A stretch of 64,000 nucleotides of DNA, taken from the NCBI RefSeq assembly GCF_044704955.1, contig NC_091991.1, positions 69,936,001 through 70,000,000 on the forward strand, read 5' to 3'. This document shows positions 12,410-25,517 of the stretch, piece after piece. The notes beneath the pieces are model-generated. The model saw nothing but the letters and a program-made list of their open reading frames with translations, made no database searches and was not told the DNA's origin. Numbering within the stretch: the stretch's first letter is position 1; every line of letters starts with the position of its first letter. The position numbers and the translations under genes are program-made. This DNA is from Pristiophorus japonicus. Lineage: Eukaryota.

Positions 12410-12720
12410 GCAGAAAAGGCAGGTTTGACTCCCAATCTGTGTCGAGTGAGCTGATCTCAACCAGACTAGAGCTAGAACACTACAATTGGCTTCAGCATTC
12501 TTGAGCTATGAGGGGAAAAATCAGTTAGGCTTCCTGCTCCCAATCTCTGTCCAAGGATTCCTGCTGGAAAGTTAATATATGAACATCAGATTGAGCTTGA
12601 GTGGAACACCTCCCATATGCAGATAAACCTCTGGCATTCACACATGTGAACCAGGCCTATTTGAGTGAGAGGGCAGAGGGCTACTGCTGTAATCAAACCA
12701 TAACCCAGCAAGGGGTTAAC
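12410..12720 (+). mobile_element. Old SINE-like repeat; related copies at about 8590-9200 (-) and 63885-64000 (+)
   Basis: shared agctgatctc...ctacaattggc...gaggggaaaaatcag...ttcctgctcc blocks. Confidence 0.45.
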
Positions 12721-14107
12721 TCCTTCAAGAGAGAATATTAAAACAACATTGGGGATCGAAAGGTGAATGAACAAAAAAGGGCAAAAGATATTTCAATATT
12801 AGAATATCACAGCACAAAGTTACCATCATTTGAAAACATTAAAGTGTAGATTTTCTGATTGGTGGTAACCCATTTACCCAACACCTATCGAAAAACATAG
12901 GTTGGAAAATTTGTGCAGCTATGAAGGTTTCAGTACTTTGAATGGATAATCTAGTCCTATTTCCTCACATTAAAAAAATCAGTTTCAATAGATCACAGTA
13001 TTACATATCTGTCAAAAACTATCTTAATATTTTATGAAAAAAAGTAATTATTAATCATAAATGGGGTTGAGTCTCTGAGTCAATCGGTGCTTGGATGTAC
13101 ACTGCTCAACAAATACAGAACAATTTATGCAGATTCAGAGAAACCAGAGTTAACAGTCAAATCTCACCATCCTTCACACAAGGCTTCACTGCATGTGTTA
13201 GAATCCCACAGCAAAGAACCAACCGTTTGGTACAATGAAATGACCCAATGAAGAAAAGCAAAGTCGCCTTGTCAGAGCCAGTATCAAAGGAGGTCACATC
13301 AGGTTAACTGGTTACAGTGATTCAAACATACCTTAAAGCCATGCGAACCATTGTTAGAGGCACAGGTTGTCATCTTTTAATGGCAAAATTTATCAGGAAT
13401 GACAAAGAAATGGTTTCTTTTATAAAAAAAATGTTATTCTGTCAGTCATTATTTGACCTGCTTGGCAAAAGTAGATTGACAGGTTGAAGCTAGGATGTGA
13501 AAGCAGCGCAGTGATGGGATCAGAGCAAGAGGATCTGGGTATTGTATCAAAACAATTTGAGATAAAGATGACATGAATTAGTGAATAGCAGCTCCTTGAT
13601 GTCCCTGTGCAGACAAGATGGCAGCGTGTCACCTCCCTTCAGCTCAATGACCGACACGAGATGGTTATCCCTGACTAACGCTCACTCTGCTCATGAGTTG
13701 TCAGAGCAGATTGGAGTCAGCGCAGAGATGCTGGAGGATTCTGTCATATTCAAGCTCGCTGTGGCGGGTGATGGTTCTAAGCCACGGCTGTCAAGAACCA
13801 GTTAAGGGGACGCGAGCCGACAGGTGAGAAAGGTGAGCTAGGAAGATGTCGCCTCCGATGACCTGCACTTGAAACGAGTATCAGTAAACGGCTGAGAACC
13901 TGTCACTTCAGCCGCAGAGATTGATAGCCGGTCAGACAAGTGCTGTCATATCACATAAGGAAGCCAAGCTTTCTGTAATGGAAACTATGGAACACTATTT
14001 ACAAAGCAACATTTATTTTGGTGCCCAGAGTGGTTCGTATGTGATACTTTTAACTGACAAATAAAACAAGGGGAATTTAAATTGAAATAAAACAAGTTAG
14101 GCAAACA

Positions 14108-14210
14108 AAAAGAAATGCTTGCATTTATACAGCGCCTTTCACAACCTCAGGACGTCCCAGAGCGCTTTCCAGCCAACAAAGTACTTTTGAAGTGTAATCA
14201 CTGTATGTAA
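14108..14210 (-). mobile_element. Deu-SINE 3' fragment
   Basis: cttgcatttatacagcgcctttcacaacctcaggacgtccc matches the 3' end of the 5741 copy. Confidence 0.65.
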
Positions 14211-14689
14211 CTGCAGCCTCAAACTGTAAAATTCTGCAATTTTCTTTATTTAAAAAAAAAATGTTTTGGAGGGAAGAGTTAGTTAGGGCTGTTTTTTTGA
14301 ATGTGTGCTGGTGGTGGAGAGCTGAGCCGAACTGAGCCGAGCCTGACAGGAGTGTATATCGGGTGATCGTGAGGGTGCTCACCATGATTTTCCATTCATT
14401 AAAATAAATGATGTAACATCGTGGTGAATGCCCTGATATGTGTTTCCAGTAGATGCCCCTCTTCTTCAGCAATGCACACTTGGAGGATCTACCTCAATGT
14501 CACCACTCTCTTCCTTCCCCTTTCTAAGAGTCTATTCAAGCACACACCCGTCTCTGTCAAATTTTTGTCTCATAATACTCCTGTGAAGCGCCTTGGGGCC
14601 GTTTCACTACATTAAAGGCACTATATAAATCCAAGTTGTTGTTGTTGTTCTTTACCGGGATGGGGCTGGAGACTGTTTCATTCTCTCAA

Positions 14690-15460
14690 GTATCAACTTC
14701 TTCAATGCTCTCCTCGCCAGTCTTCAGAACTCCACCGTTCACAAACTTCGACTGATTCAAAACTGTATCTTCCTCATCCTGATCCACACTAACTGCAACT
14801 TGCCCAACACCCTTGCCCTCCAATGGCTCCCTATTCCTCAATGCAGTAAATGTAACATCCCTGTCCTCCTTTACAAAACTCTCCATGGTCTTGCCATATA
14901 CTTCTTTCAATTTCCTACTGTTATCCCAGGCTGTGACCTTTTGTCCTTTGACTCTGCCTTGCTGTGCATCTCTTCCCCCCATCCCCCACTCACCATCCGT
15001 CGCTCAGCCCCCATCCCCCACTCAGCATCCGTCGTTGAGCCCCCATCCCCCACTCACTATCCGTCGCTCAGCCCCCATCCCCCATGCACCATCCGTCGGT
15101 CAGCCCCCATCCCCCATGCACCATGGGTCGGTCGCTCAGCCCCACTCCCCCACCTGCCACTCACCATGCATCACTCAGCCCCCCCATCACCCACTCATCA
15201 TCCGTCGTTGAGCCCCCATCCCCCACTCACCATGGGTCGCTCAGCCCCCATCCCCCACTCACTATCCATCACTCAGCCCCACTCTCTAAAACCCCCAGCC
15301 ATACTGCTAACTCTTCCCTCTTTTTAAAGTTTCCAACCACACTTTTAAAATAGTACTGCCCCTGTTTTTGGCCAACTATCGCAACTCTTCCACCACTGCT
15401 ACCGCTGTCCATTATACCTCTTTAAGGCTTTTCTATTGCAATGACAGTGCATAAGTTGTT
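14690..15460 (+). mobile_element. Degenerate L2 LINE remnant hosting a minisatellite
   Basis: LALQWLPIPQ...NIPVLLYKTLHGLA L2 ORF2 motif upstream of the repeat; L2-like sequence resumes after 15280. Confidence 0.6.
14976..15281. repeat. 32-bp minisatellite, unit about CCCCCATCCCCCACTCACCATCCGTCGCTCAG, roughly 9 copies
   Basis: cgNtNag anchors at 15001, 15033, 15065 and 15097 give a period of 32; later units are degenerate. Confidence 0.9.
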
Positions 15461-16266
15461 ATAACGTTATTTTAACCTCTGGATTTGTAACTACCTTGAT
15501 GTCCACCCTGACTTAAACTATACACGTTGTGGGGAGGGGGGAAAACCCACATTAATTCTTGCTCCATTTGAACCCCGAGTGTTTCAGTGCTCATCCCTAT
15601 AGAAAGGGGCCGAAATGATCCCTTTTTATAGCCCCATTGGCCCGGGTGAGGGAGGTGATTGTGCCTCTCGGGAAATTGACCTGGAGGTTTGGGGGTTGAT
15701 GCACCAGTGGTGCTGCGCTCCCGCTTCCTGGGAGGGGCACACGTGTCCAATTCCGTGTCGGGGGCGGGACTTCCGGCCCGGAAGGTAAACCAGTGTAAAA
15801 TATTCAGTCGATTATAGACACACATCCAACACAATAGACACTACTCGCACTATTATGCTGATTTGAATGGGGCAGATTAAAGCAGAAAAGGATTGGTCAT
15901 TTTAACATTGCCATGCTTTTGTTACAAGGTGCATATCCTAACAAAGCAAATCAATGTATAAGATCTTTACAGTCCTTTACTTCAATGCATTGTTTTAAAA
16001 GTATTACAACTCCTGCTGTCATTAGGTATGACATTTTTAATTACTGGTTTCTTTATTGGAAAAATAGGCATTTAACAGCATACCATAATAAATAGTGAAG
16101 TATGGTTACTACATCATTAGAAATCATAATCTGATGTTGAACTCCAAACATTTCCTATCTGTTTTTTTCTTGACTGCCTACACGTTTCATGCCGATAGAG
16201 AGCCTGCTTACAGTCAGTTAAAACACTTCAGCTGATCACAGCCGCACCTCACAAATAGAGCTGGAA

Positions 16267-17184
16267 TGAGCAGCGAGGAGGATGCTATGAGGCTGCAGAG
16301 TGACTTGGATAGGTTAGGTGAGTGGGCAAATGCATGGCAGATGAAGTATAATTTGGATAAATGTGAGGTTATCCACTTTGGTGGTAAAAACAGAGAGACA
16401 GACTATTATCTGAATGGTGACAGATTAGGAAACGGGGAGGTGCAATGAGACCTGGGTGTCATGGTACATCAGTCATTGAAGGTTGACATGCAGGTACAGC
16501 AGGCGGTTAAGAAAGCAAATGGCATATTGGCCTTCATAGCGAGGGGATTTGAGTACAGGGGCAAGGAGGTGTTGCTACAGTTGTACAGGGCATTGGTGAG
16601 GCCACACCTGGAGTATTGTGTACAGTTTTGGTCTCCTAACTTGAGGAAGGACATTCTTGCTATTGAGGGAGTGCAGCGAAGGTTCACTAGACTGATTCCC
16701 GGGATGGCGGGACTGACATATCAAGAAAGACTGGATCAACTGGGCTTGTATTCACTGGAGTTCAGAAGAATGAGAGGGGATCTCATAGAAACGTTTAAAA
16801 TTCTGACAGGTTTATTTAGACAGGTTAGATGCAGGAAGAATGTTCTCAATGTTGGGGAAGTCCAGAACCAGGGGGTCACAGTCTAAGGGTAAGGAGTAAG
16901 CCATTTAGGACCGAGATGAGGAGAAACTTCTTCACCCAGAGAGTGGTGAACCTGTGGAATTCTCTACCACAGAAAGTTGTTGAGGCCAATTCACTAAGTA
17001 TATTCAAAAAGGAGTTAGATGTAGTCCTTACTACGAGGGGGATCAAGGGGTATGGCGAGAAAGCAGGAATGGGGTACTGAAGTTGCATGTTCAGCCATGA
17101 ACTCATTGAATGGCAGTGCAGGCTCGAAGGGCCGAATGGCCTACTCCTGCACCTATTTTCTATGTTTCTATCTATGTTTCTATG
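16267..17184 (+). mobile_element. 5'-truncated CR1, same young subfamily as 9207-11509
   Basis: near-identical to about 10600-11509; TGA at about 16446 and a frameshift at about 16815; tail ttctatgtttctatctatgtttctatg. Confidence 0.93.
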
Positions 17185-17329
17185 AAGAGCATTACATTTA
17201 GAATGGAAGCCTTTCCAAATGCATTATCCTGGCATGGAGCCTCAACTAGTATAAGTGCACACCAGGAAATTGTGGCTCTGATCCCATTAATCAACAGGAA
17301 ACCTTGCTGATTGCATTCTCCTCCCCAGT

Positions 17330-17870
17330 AATTGTCTCAGGGCTAAACCAGATGCTCACAATCTCAGTATCCTATTTAACTCCAAGTTGAACTACCGACT
17401 CCATATATTCTCCAACATAAAGACCGCCTACTTCCACCTCGATGACATCACTTACCTCCTCCCTTCCTCAACCCATCTGCCATTGGAACCCTCATCCATG
17501 CTGTGGTCACCTTAGACTGGACTGTTACAATGCTCCCCTGGGTGGCCTTCGATCGTTCATCTGAAAACTACAGCTCATCTGAAAATCTGCTGCCCATATC
17601 CTATCCTTCATCAAGTTCCACCTACCTATCACAACCATCCTTGCTAATCTACATTGGTTTCCAGTCCCCCCCCACCCCCCAAAGGATTTAAATTCTCATC
17701 CTTGTCTCTATCTCTCTTCCTCCTTAACACCCACCTCTTCGACCAAGCTTTTGGTCACTACTCCTAATATTTGCTTCTTTCGCTTAGCATTCATTTTTGT
17801 CCAATCAAGCCTCTGTGAAGCCCCTTGGTGCATCTTTCTATCATAAAGGCACTATATAAATGCAAGTTGA
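17330..17870 (+). mobile_element. Degenerate L2 LINE fragment
   Basis: aagaccgcctacttccacctc, gaaaccctcatccatgc-like and ctcttcgaccaagcttttggtcac blocks; tail tatataaatgcaagttg. Confidence 0.7.
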
Positions 17871-18828
17871 AGCTGCCCTTTCTCCTCTTTACTGCTGGCA
17901 AACATTGTGCTGCTGGTTTCAATGAGCTATCCATTAGTACTCCATATCCCTCTCCTGTAGCACAATGTGTTTTCCGATTATTGATCTTTTACTCTCGATG
18001 CTTATTTCCCTTTCCGACTCGCATTACCGTGCATTTGTTTTGTGCAGACTTTAAATTCTTCACGAATAATTCCAATTAACCTAATGGTAGATAACCTGTA
18101 AGGTCACTTTGCACTGTGTTCTTTGTTCAATCAAATAAATATTAACATTTGAAGTATGACTAAAAGTAGGGAATAAAGCAAGAGAGAGTATGCTCAATTA
18201 TTTTTCTCCATATTGTTGGGTCGCTCAATTGAATTAATCATTCCTTAACTAAGAGCAGGGTTAGACAATCTGTTCCAGATTGTGAATTCTGGAGTTTGTT
18301 TCTTGGAAGTACATGTTTGACCCAGAGAACCTAATGTGCCAGTTTCCTTGCTGCTTTAAAAAAAAATTGCCTTTTGCTATCAATTTTTCCAGCTCCTCTT
18401 GGAACGCCTTGACTCCCTGCTGAGGTAAAGTTTCAAAGATGCTGGTTGGTCTCCAGTACCTCATCCAAGTGGCCAATCTTTATCTGTGAGCCTTGAAAGT
18501 GAGTGTCAGTGAGTGAGGGACACTGCAGTTATTACCAGTGGTTACTGTCACTGCTTTCTTGTTGTCAATGGCTGTCATGGGCAGTATTACAGCACCCACA
18601 ATCCACACTGGAATTTAAGTGAAGAATAAAAGGATACAGCTGTATAAAAATCACATCTAAATCACACAACTGTTCAGCAAGTTTTGGACAACAATCAGTT
18701 ATACGATCAGTCAGATATGAAGGGGTGGAGGAGCTGCATGTCCCTCCTGCTTTTGGAACTGCATCGCTATGTCTTTTTTTGTACACTACCTTTGGTCTTT
18801 GCTATCGAGCTTTGGTTTACAAGATTAC

Positions 18829-19016
18829 CTGTTGCCATGGACATGAGAGGCACAGAAAGCGAAGCTATAATGCAGCAGTGTTGGATCAATCATTGTGCCA
18901 CCTTCTGCACGTTCTATCAATTCCTTGAGATAGCAGAGATGGCGATGACAACCTCGTAGCCCATAGCGAGAACAGTATTCATCCAGCACAAACACCTGGC
19001 CAGGACTAAACCAACC
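18829..19016 (-). CDS. CADPS2: CADPS2 coding exon: [62 protein letters not shown](R)
   Basis: 188 nt; acceptor cctcag, donor gtaatc; phase 0 to 2; highly conserved CAPS block. Confidence 0.95.
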
Positions 19017-19894
19017 CTGAGGGGGAAACAGAATAGAATTCGAAATGATAAGAGTGCTACAATTCATAATTAATCTCGGCTGTTTCAATCTGACTGCATC
19101 GCAAATCTGGAGACTCAAATTCAAACACAAAAATGTAATTACAAAAAATACATTTCAATTACTCGGAGCATTCAATACTTCTGACTGGTTGAGGTCCATA
19201 CTAGAACCAATAATTGATTTTTTTCCCAATCATTTCATTTCCCTCTCTGTACAGGAAAACCTCTCACGATGGACCCCTTTCCAGCAGGGAAGGTAAGAAT
19301 GCTGGTCTTGCTGACAAGTGTAGGGAATTGTAAGCCTGCTTTATAAATAACAGATTGATGATTTCATTACATGCAGCACAGAGAGGAAATCTTGTCCAAA
19401 GGTAAGCAAAAACTCTATTTTAACACAGTAAGGGTTGATATAACGTTTCATTTAAACTTCTTCCTGATGAGCAACAACTTACATTTATAATGTGTCTTTA
19501 ACATAGTAACCAGTTAGGTGACAGGTGGCTCGTGTGGAGCATAAACACCAGCACAGACCTGTTGGGCCACATGGCCTGTTTCTGAGCTGCAAAATTCTAC
19601 ATACATTTTCAGCAATGTAATAAGATAAAAAGTGACAACAAGCCAAAAAGGCAGATATTAGGACAGGTGACTTGGTCAAAGACGCAGGATTAAAGGAACG
19701 TCAGACAACCAATAAAGAGGATATCAAAAACCCAAAGGTGCTGATATTAGACAAACAACTCGTTGTTATCTTAATATATTTCAATATGTGCTGGCACTTT
19801 GTAATGCTTTCTGCAGGTAGGCAGGCCATCGTGAGGATCCCAATATGGCAGTCTACTTCATGAAAACTGTGACTAAGGGAGGTTAATCTTCGAT

Positions 19895-20168
19895 GTTAAA
19901 TTGAGGCCTCATCTGCCCTCTAAGGTGGATGTAAAAGATCTCATGGCATTACTTCAAAGAAATGCAGGGGAATTCTCCCCGAAGTCCTGGTCAATATTTA
20001 TCCCTCAACCAATATCACTAAAACATACTATCTGGTCACTATCATATCGCTGCTTGTGGGATCTTGCAGTGCTCGACTGGCTACCACATTTCTGACATTA
20101 CAACAGTGACTACACTCCAAAAAGTACTTACTTGGCTGTAAAGCTGTATAAATGCAAGGCTTTCTTTC
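19895..20168 (+). mobile_element. Deu-domain SINE, 5'-truncated
   Basis: ggtggatgtaaaagatctcatggca... core and tataaatgcaaggctttctttc tail. Confidence 0.7.
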
Positions 20169-20307
20169 TACTGACTTGTGAAAGGTGACCTATGTGGCAG
20201 TTTTTGCTGGACAGATCCAATCCTCTGCCCAACATCAAAGATGATGCCTTTGGCAAAGGTAAGATCACACAACAGGAATCTTCTTGTATTAAGATGTAAA
20301 CCGTTAC

Positions 20308-20981
20308 GGGGCCGAAAAGACGCAAAAGGGTTTTTGTCCGGGAGCGGCAGTCAGAGTGCCCAACCCTCGGAATTGCCCCCGTGGCTCCGTCAGCGCTAAG
20401 TAGTTTGCGGCGCGCTCCGCCGTGCGCGCCGACCTCTTATCGTCCCGCGCCAACCAATTTGTGTCCCTTGGGGGAAATTGCCCCGTGGGACGCAAGGTCG
20501 GTGTGAGATGATGCCATCGACAGCTTCTCGGGGCGAGAAGCTGTGGTGGCTGGGGTGCCCTGGCCGCCCTTATAGGGGAGTTGGTAGCTCAGCGGCTGCC
20601 ATCTTTTTTTCAGTCAGTTCGACAAGTGTGGACAGGTCGCCAACATGCAGCTCCACTTGGGTGCCAGGCCGTTGGCCCGGCCGACACCCTCCCTGGTGGC
20701 CCAGTGGGTGCCACTAAAGAGGCTGCAGAGTTTGCAGTGGCCCTCCCCTTTAAGAGAAGGGGAGGGATGTTGTGTCGCGTCAGGTTGACGCAGCACATCA
20801 GCGTGCGCTGACATCATCAGTGCCCCGCGGCCACCCGCGAATGCCTGGTTACCACCCCACACACTGTTTTGCCTCAAATAAGCCAATTCTGCACCAGGGG
20901 CAGTACGTCCCACCCCAGCGCCAAAATATTATTTAATTCGAAGTGACCAACCCAACCCCAGAGCAGGGCTATTTTGGCCCC
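20308..20981. mobile_element. GC-rich Harbinger-type MITE
   Basis: termini ggggccgaaa / ttttggcccc; flanks tac / tag (imperfect 3-bp TSD). Confidence 0.6.
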
Positions 20982-22090
20982 TAGGTGCCTTTTAGGAAAC
21001 TTTCTTCAGGCATTAGTGTTGCAAACTGCTGGTCTTTGAGTTAACTGTAAAACTGACATGATTAATAAAGATGCAAAATATTCATTATGTTTCATGCTGA
21101 GACATTGAGCTTCCATTTATGTGCATCCTTTAATTGAGAATATTGTGAATGCTCAGTCTATAAGAACAGTCTTTCAACTAGAAAAGAATGTTCCATTCCT
21201 CTCGGAACAAAAAAAACATTACTTTTGAATATAGACTTTCAGAAGTAAATAGCAATGTTTGTAGTTTTCAATTAAAAATAGATGCAATCGCACATTGTGA
21301 TCTTCAAAATATTGATTTAAAAAAACCTTAAAATAGGCCAATTTTACTGGCCCTCCCCTCCTCCCCGCCCTGTTGCTGGACAGGAACAGCATACCAAAGT
21401 GTTCTGTGCCGGTCCAAAGCCATGTATTTTCTGTCCCAGACATTAACATGGGACCTCAGGGGATTCTGGCTATTGCTGAAGAACAGCAGCTGCTTTCTGG
21501 CCCAGGAATGAACCTGGGCCAACAGGAAAAAAATTGAGCATCTACCTTTCAGCTTTGCTGCCGAGCCACCTCAGATCCCCCAATCTCAAGGGTCACCGAC
21601 GCAAGGCCCAACATCATCTTTGGGTTCTTCTGAAAATGGGAGCCCAATTAACAAGAAATTGGAAATTGAGGCAGGAGGACTGTGAACACCCCTGTGTACT
21701 ACAATTGCAAGCGATCGATTGGCCTGCATCTGTAATATGTGCATCCCCAGGGAAGTCCTGGAAATCCCGTGGCCCAGGGACAAAGGTCAGTAAAATCTAC
21801 CTCTATCATCTTGTGTAATTGAAATCTAACATTCAGAAAAAGAAAGATTTGTATTTATATAACATCTTTCATGACCTCAGCACATCCCAAAACATGTTAC
21901 AGCTAATAAACCTGCTGCCCCGATTATAAATGGATAGAATCATGGAATTTGGATTCCAAAACAATGGCCCTGAATTCGCGGCCCCTGAATACAAGGTGTG
22001 TATGCACCTGTAGGAGCCCCACAAGTTCCGGGTTTTGGTATGAACTGCGCATGCACCTAAATCCAGAACTTACGATCTATTAATGATCTT

Positions 22091-23033
22091 CTTTGCTGAC
22101 GATACGAAGATGGGACGAAAAGCAATGTGTGAGGAGGACACAAAAAATCTGCAAAAGGACATAGACAGGCTAAGTGAGTGGGCAAAAATTTGGCAGATGG
22201 AGTATAATGTTGGAAAGTGTGAGGTCATGCACTTTGGCAGAAAAAAAATCAAAGAGCAAGTTGTTATTTAAATGAAGATTGCAAAGTGCCGCAGTACAGC
22301 GGGACCTGGGGGTACTTGTGCATGAAACACAAAAAAGTAGTATGAATGGTACAGCAAGTGATCATGAAGGCCAATGGTATCTTGGCTTTTATTGCAAAGG
22401 AGATGGAGTATAAAAGCAGGGAAGTCTTGCTACAGCTATGTAAGGTATTGGTGAGGCCACACCTGGAATACTGCGTGCAGTTTTCATTTCCATATTTAAG
22501 AAAGGATATACTTGCTTTGGAGGCAGTTCAGAGAAAGTTCACAAGGTTGATTCCGGGGATGAGGGGGTTGACTTATGAGGAAAGGTTAAGTAGGTTGGGC
22601 CTCTACTCATTGGAATTCAGAAGAATGAGAGGTGATCTTTTCGAAACATATGAGATTATGAGGGGGCTTGACAAGGTGGATGCAGAGAGAATGTTTCCAC
22701 TGATGGGGGAGACTAGAACTAGAGGGCATGATCTCAGGATAAGGGGCCGTCCATTTAAAACACAGATGAGGAGACATTTCTTCTCTCAGAGGGTTGTAAA
22801 TCTGTGGAATTCGCTGCCTCAGAGAGCTGTGGAAGCTGGGTCATTGAATAAATTTAAGACAGAAGTAGACAGTTTCTTAAATGATAAGGGGTTAAGGGGA
22901 GTGGGTGGGGGAGTGGAGCTGAGTCCATGATCAGATCAGCCATGATCGTACTAAATGGCGGTGCAGGCACGAGGGGCCATATGGCCTACTCCTGTTCCTA
23001 TTTCTTGTGTTCTTATTATGTTCTTATGTTCTT
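22091..23033 (+). mobile_element. 5'-truncated CR1 (second subfamily)
   Basis: FADDTK through WNSLPQ; (ttcttatg)n tail. Confidence 0.92.
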
Positions 23034-23386
23034 GACAGATCGCATGCATCCTGAAGAAAAGGGCCTCTGCGGAAGGAGAGGTGGGCAATTGCCCAACCTC
23101 CGCCCAGTGAATGCCTGTGAAATTCTGACAACTGATAAAGGCAGGCGTAAGACTTTTAAAGGACAGAAAAATACATTTTTTCAATAATTTAAACATTTAA
23201 AAACCTGTGAAATAAGGTAAGTTTATTTTTAGACCCTTTAAAATATGGACATTCATTTGTCAACAAATACATTTTTTGATTTAAATAATTAATTAAATTC
23301 CATTTTGATTAATTTTAAATATGTGATTTTTAAAAAAACATTTATTTTAAGTGTTTGTGTATTTTATGGGGTATTCCCATTCATAC

Positions 23387-25517
23387 AAATCAAATCAGCA
23401 AAGGTAGCTGGGATGGTTTCTTAAACCAATCAAGGAGCAGACTATTTTAGATCTGGTAATGTGTAATGAGACTGGATTAATTAATGGTCTCATAATAAAG
23501 GATCCTCTTGGGAAGAGTGATCATAACATAGTAGAATTTCTAATTTAATTTGAGGGTGAGAAAACTAGGTCTCAAATTAGTGTCCTAAACTTAAATAAAG
23601 GCAATTACAAAGGTATGATGGCAGAGTTGGCTAAAGTGGACTGGGAAAATAGATTAAAGGGTAAGATGGTAGATAAGCAGTGGCAAACATTTAAGGAGAT
23701 ATTTCATAACTCTCAGCGAAGATATATTCCAGTGGGAAAGGTAGATTCTAAGAGAAGAATGAGCCATCCATGGCTAACTAAGGAAGTAAAGGATGATAAC
23801 AAATTGAAAACAAAGGCATACAATGTTGCGAAGAATAGTGGCAGGCCAGAGGATTGGAAAATTTTTAGAAGCCAGCAAAGGACGACCAAAAAAATAATAA
23901 AGAGAGAGCAGTTTATGAGAGTAAACTAGCAAGAAATATAAAAACAGACATAAGAGCTTCTACAGGTATATAAAAAGGAAGAGAGTAGCTAAAATAAATG
24001 TTGGTCCCTTAGAGGATGAGACTGGGGAATTAATAATGGGAAACGGGGACATGGCAGAGACTTTGAACAAATATTTTGGATTGGTCTTCACAGTAGAAGA
24101 CACTAAAAGCATCCCAATAATTGATAATCAAGGGGCTATTGGGAGGGAGGAACTTAAAACAATCACTATCACTCGAGAAAAAGTACTAGGCAAACTAATG
24201 GGACTAAAGGTGGACAAGTCTCCTGGATCTGATGGCCTGCATTCTAGGGTCTTAAAAGAAGTGGCTGCAGAGATAGTGAATGCATTGGTTGCAATCTAAC
24301 AAAATTCCCTGGATTCTGGAAAGGACTCAGCAGATTGGAAAATCTCAAATGTAATGCCACTATTTAAGAAAGGAGGGAGACAGAAAGCAGGAAACTATAG
24401 ACCAGTTTGCCTAACATCTGTGGTTAGGAAAATGCTGGAGTCCATTATTAAGGAAGTAATAGAAAATCATAATACAGTCAAGCAGAGTTAGCAAGGTTAT
24501 ATGAAAGGGAAATTGTGTTTGACAAATTTGCTGGCGTTCTTTGAAGATGTAACGAGCAGGGTGGATAAAGGGGAACCAGTGGATGTGGTGAATTTGGATT
24601 TCCAGAAGGCATTCGATAAGGTGCCATATAAAAGGTTACTGCACAAGATAAGAGCTCACGGGGTTGGCATGGATAGAGGATTGGCTAACTAACAGAAAAC
24701 AGAGAGTCGGGATAAATGGGTCATTTTCAGGTCGACAAACTGTAACTAGTTGGGTGCCGCAGGGATCGGTGCTGGGATCAGTTGTGAGGTGGACACAAAG
24801 AACCTGCAAAGGGATATAGACAGGCTAAATGAGTGGGCAAAAATTTGGCAGATGGAGTATAATGTGGGAAAATATGTGGTTATCCACTTTGGTAGGAAAA
24901 ATAAAAAAGCAAGTTATTATTTAAATGGGATGAGATTACAAATTGCTGCAGTACAGAGGGATCTGGGGGTCCTTGTACATGAAACACAAAAAGTTAGCAT
25001 GCAGGTACAGCAAGTAATTAGGAAGGCAAATGGAATGTTGTCATTTATCGCAAGGGAAATGGAGTATAAAAGTAGGGAAGTCCTGCTCCACCTGGAGTAC
25101 TGCGTACAGTTTTGGTCTCCTTATTTAAGGAGGGATATATTTGCATTGGAGGAGGCAGTTCAGAGAAGGTTCACGAGGTTGATTCCTGAGATGAAGGGAC
25201 TGTCTTATGAAGAAAGTTTGAGCAGGTTGGCCCAATACTTATTGGAGTTTAGAAGAATGAGAGGTGATCTTATTGAACCGTATAAGATTCTAAGATTTGG
25301 AATTTTCTACCCCAGAGAGCAGTGGGGGCTGGGTCATTGAATATATTTAAGGTGGAGATAGGCAGATTTTTGCCCGATAAGGGAGTCAAGGGTTATGGGG
25401 ATTGGGCAGCGAAGTGGAGTTGAGGCCTAGATCAGATCAGCCATGATCTTATTGAATGGCAGAGCAGACTCGAGGGGCTAAATGGCCTACTCCTGCTCTT
25501 ATTTCTTATGTTCTTAT
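23387..25517 (+). mobile_element. Older CR1 with stops, frameshifts and internal deletions (FADD region missing)
   Basis: KSPGSDG, LDFQKAFDKV and HLEYCVQFW motifs in broken ORFs; ttcttatgttcttat tail. Confidence 0.9.

Noticed and set aside
14976-15281. 32-bp periodic repeat as a CRISPR-like array, or the Pro/His-rich ORFs over it as proteins
   Set aside because: No unique spacers, eukaryotic intron context, and the ORFs are by-products of a stop-poor C-rich repeat
18565-18959. Short ORFs next to and antisense to the 188-nt exon as an exon extension or nested gene
   Set aside because: A stop follows the donor immediately (AG-G TAA) and the peptides show no recognisable homology
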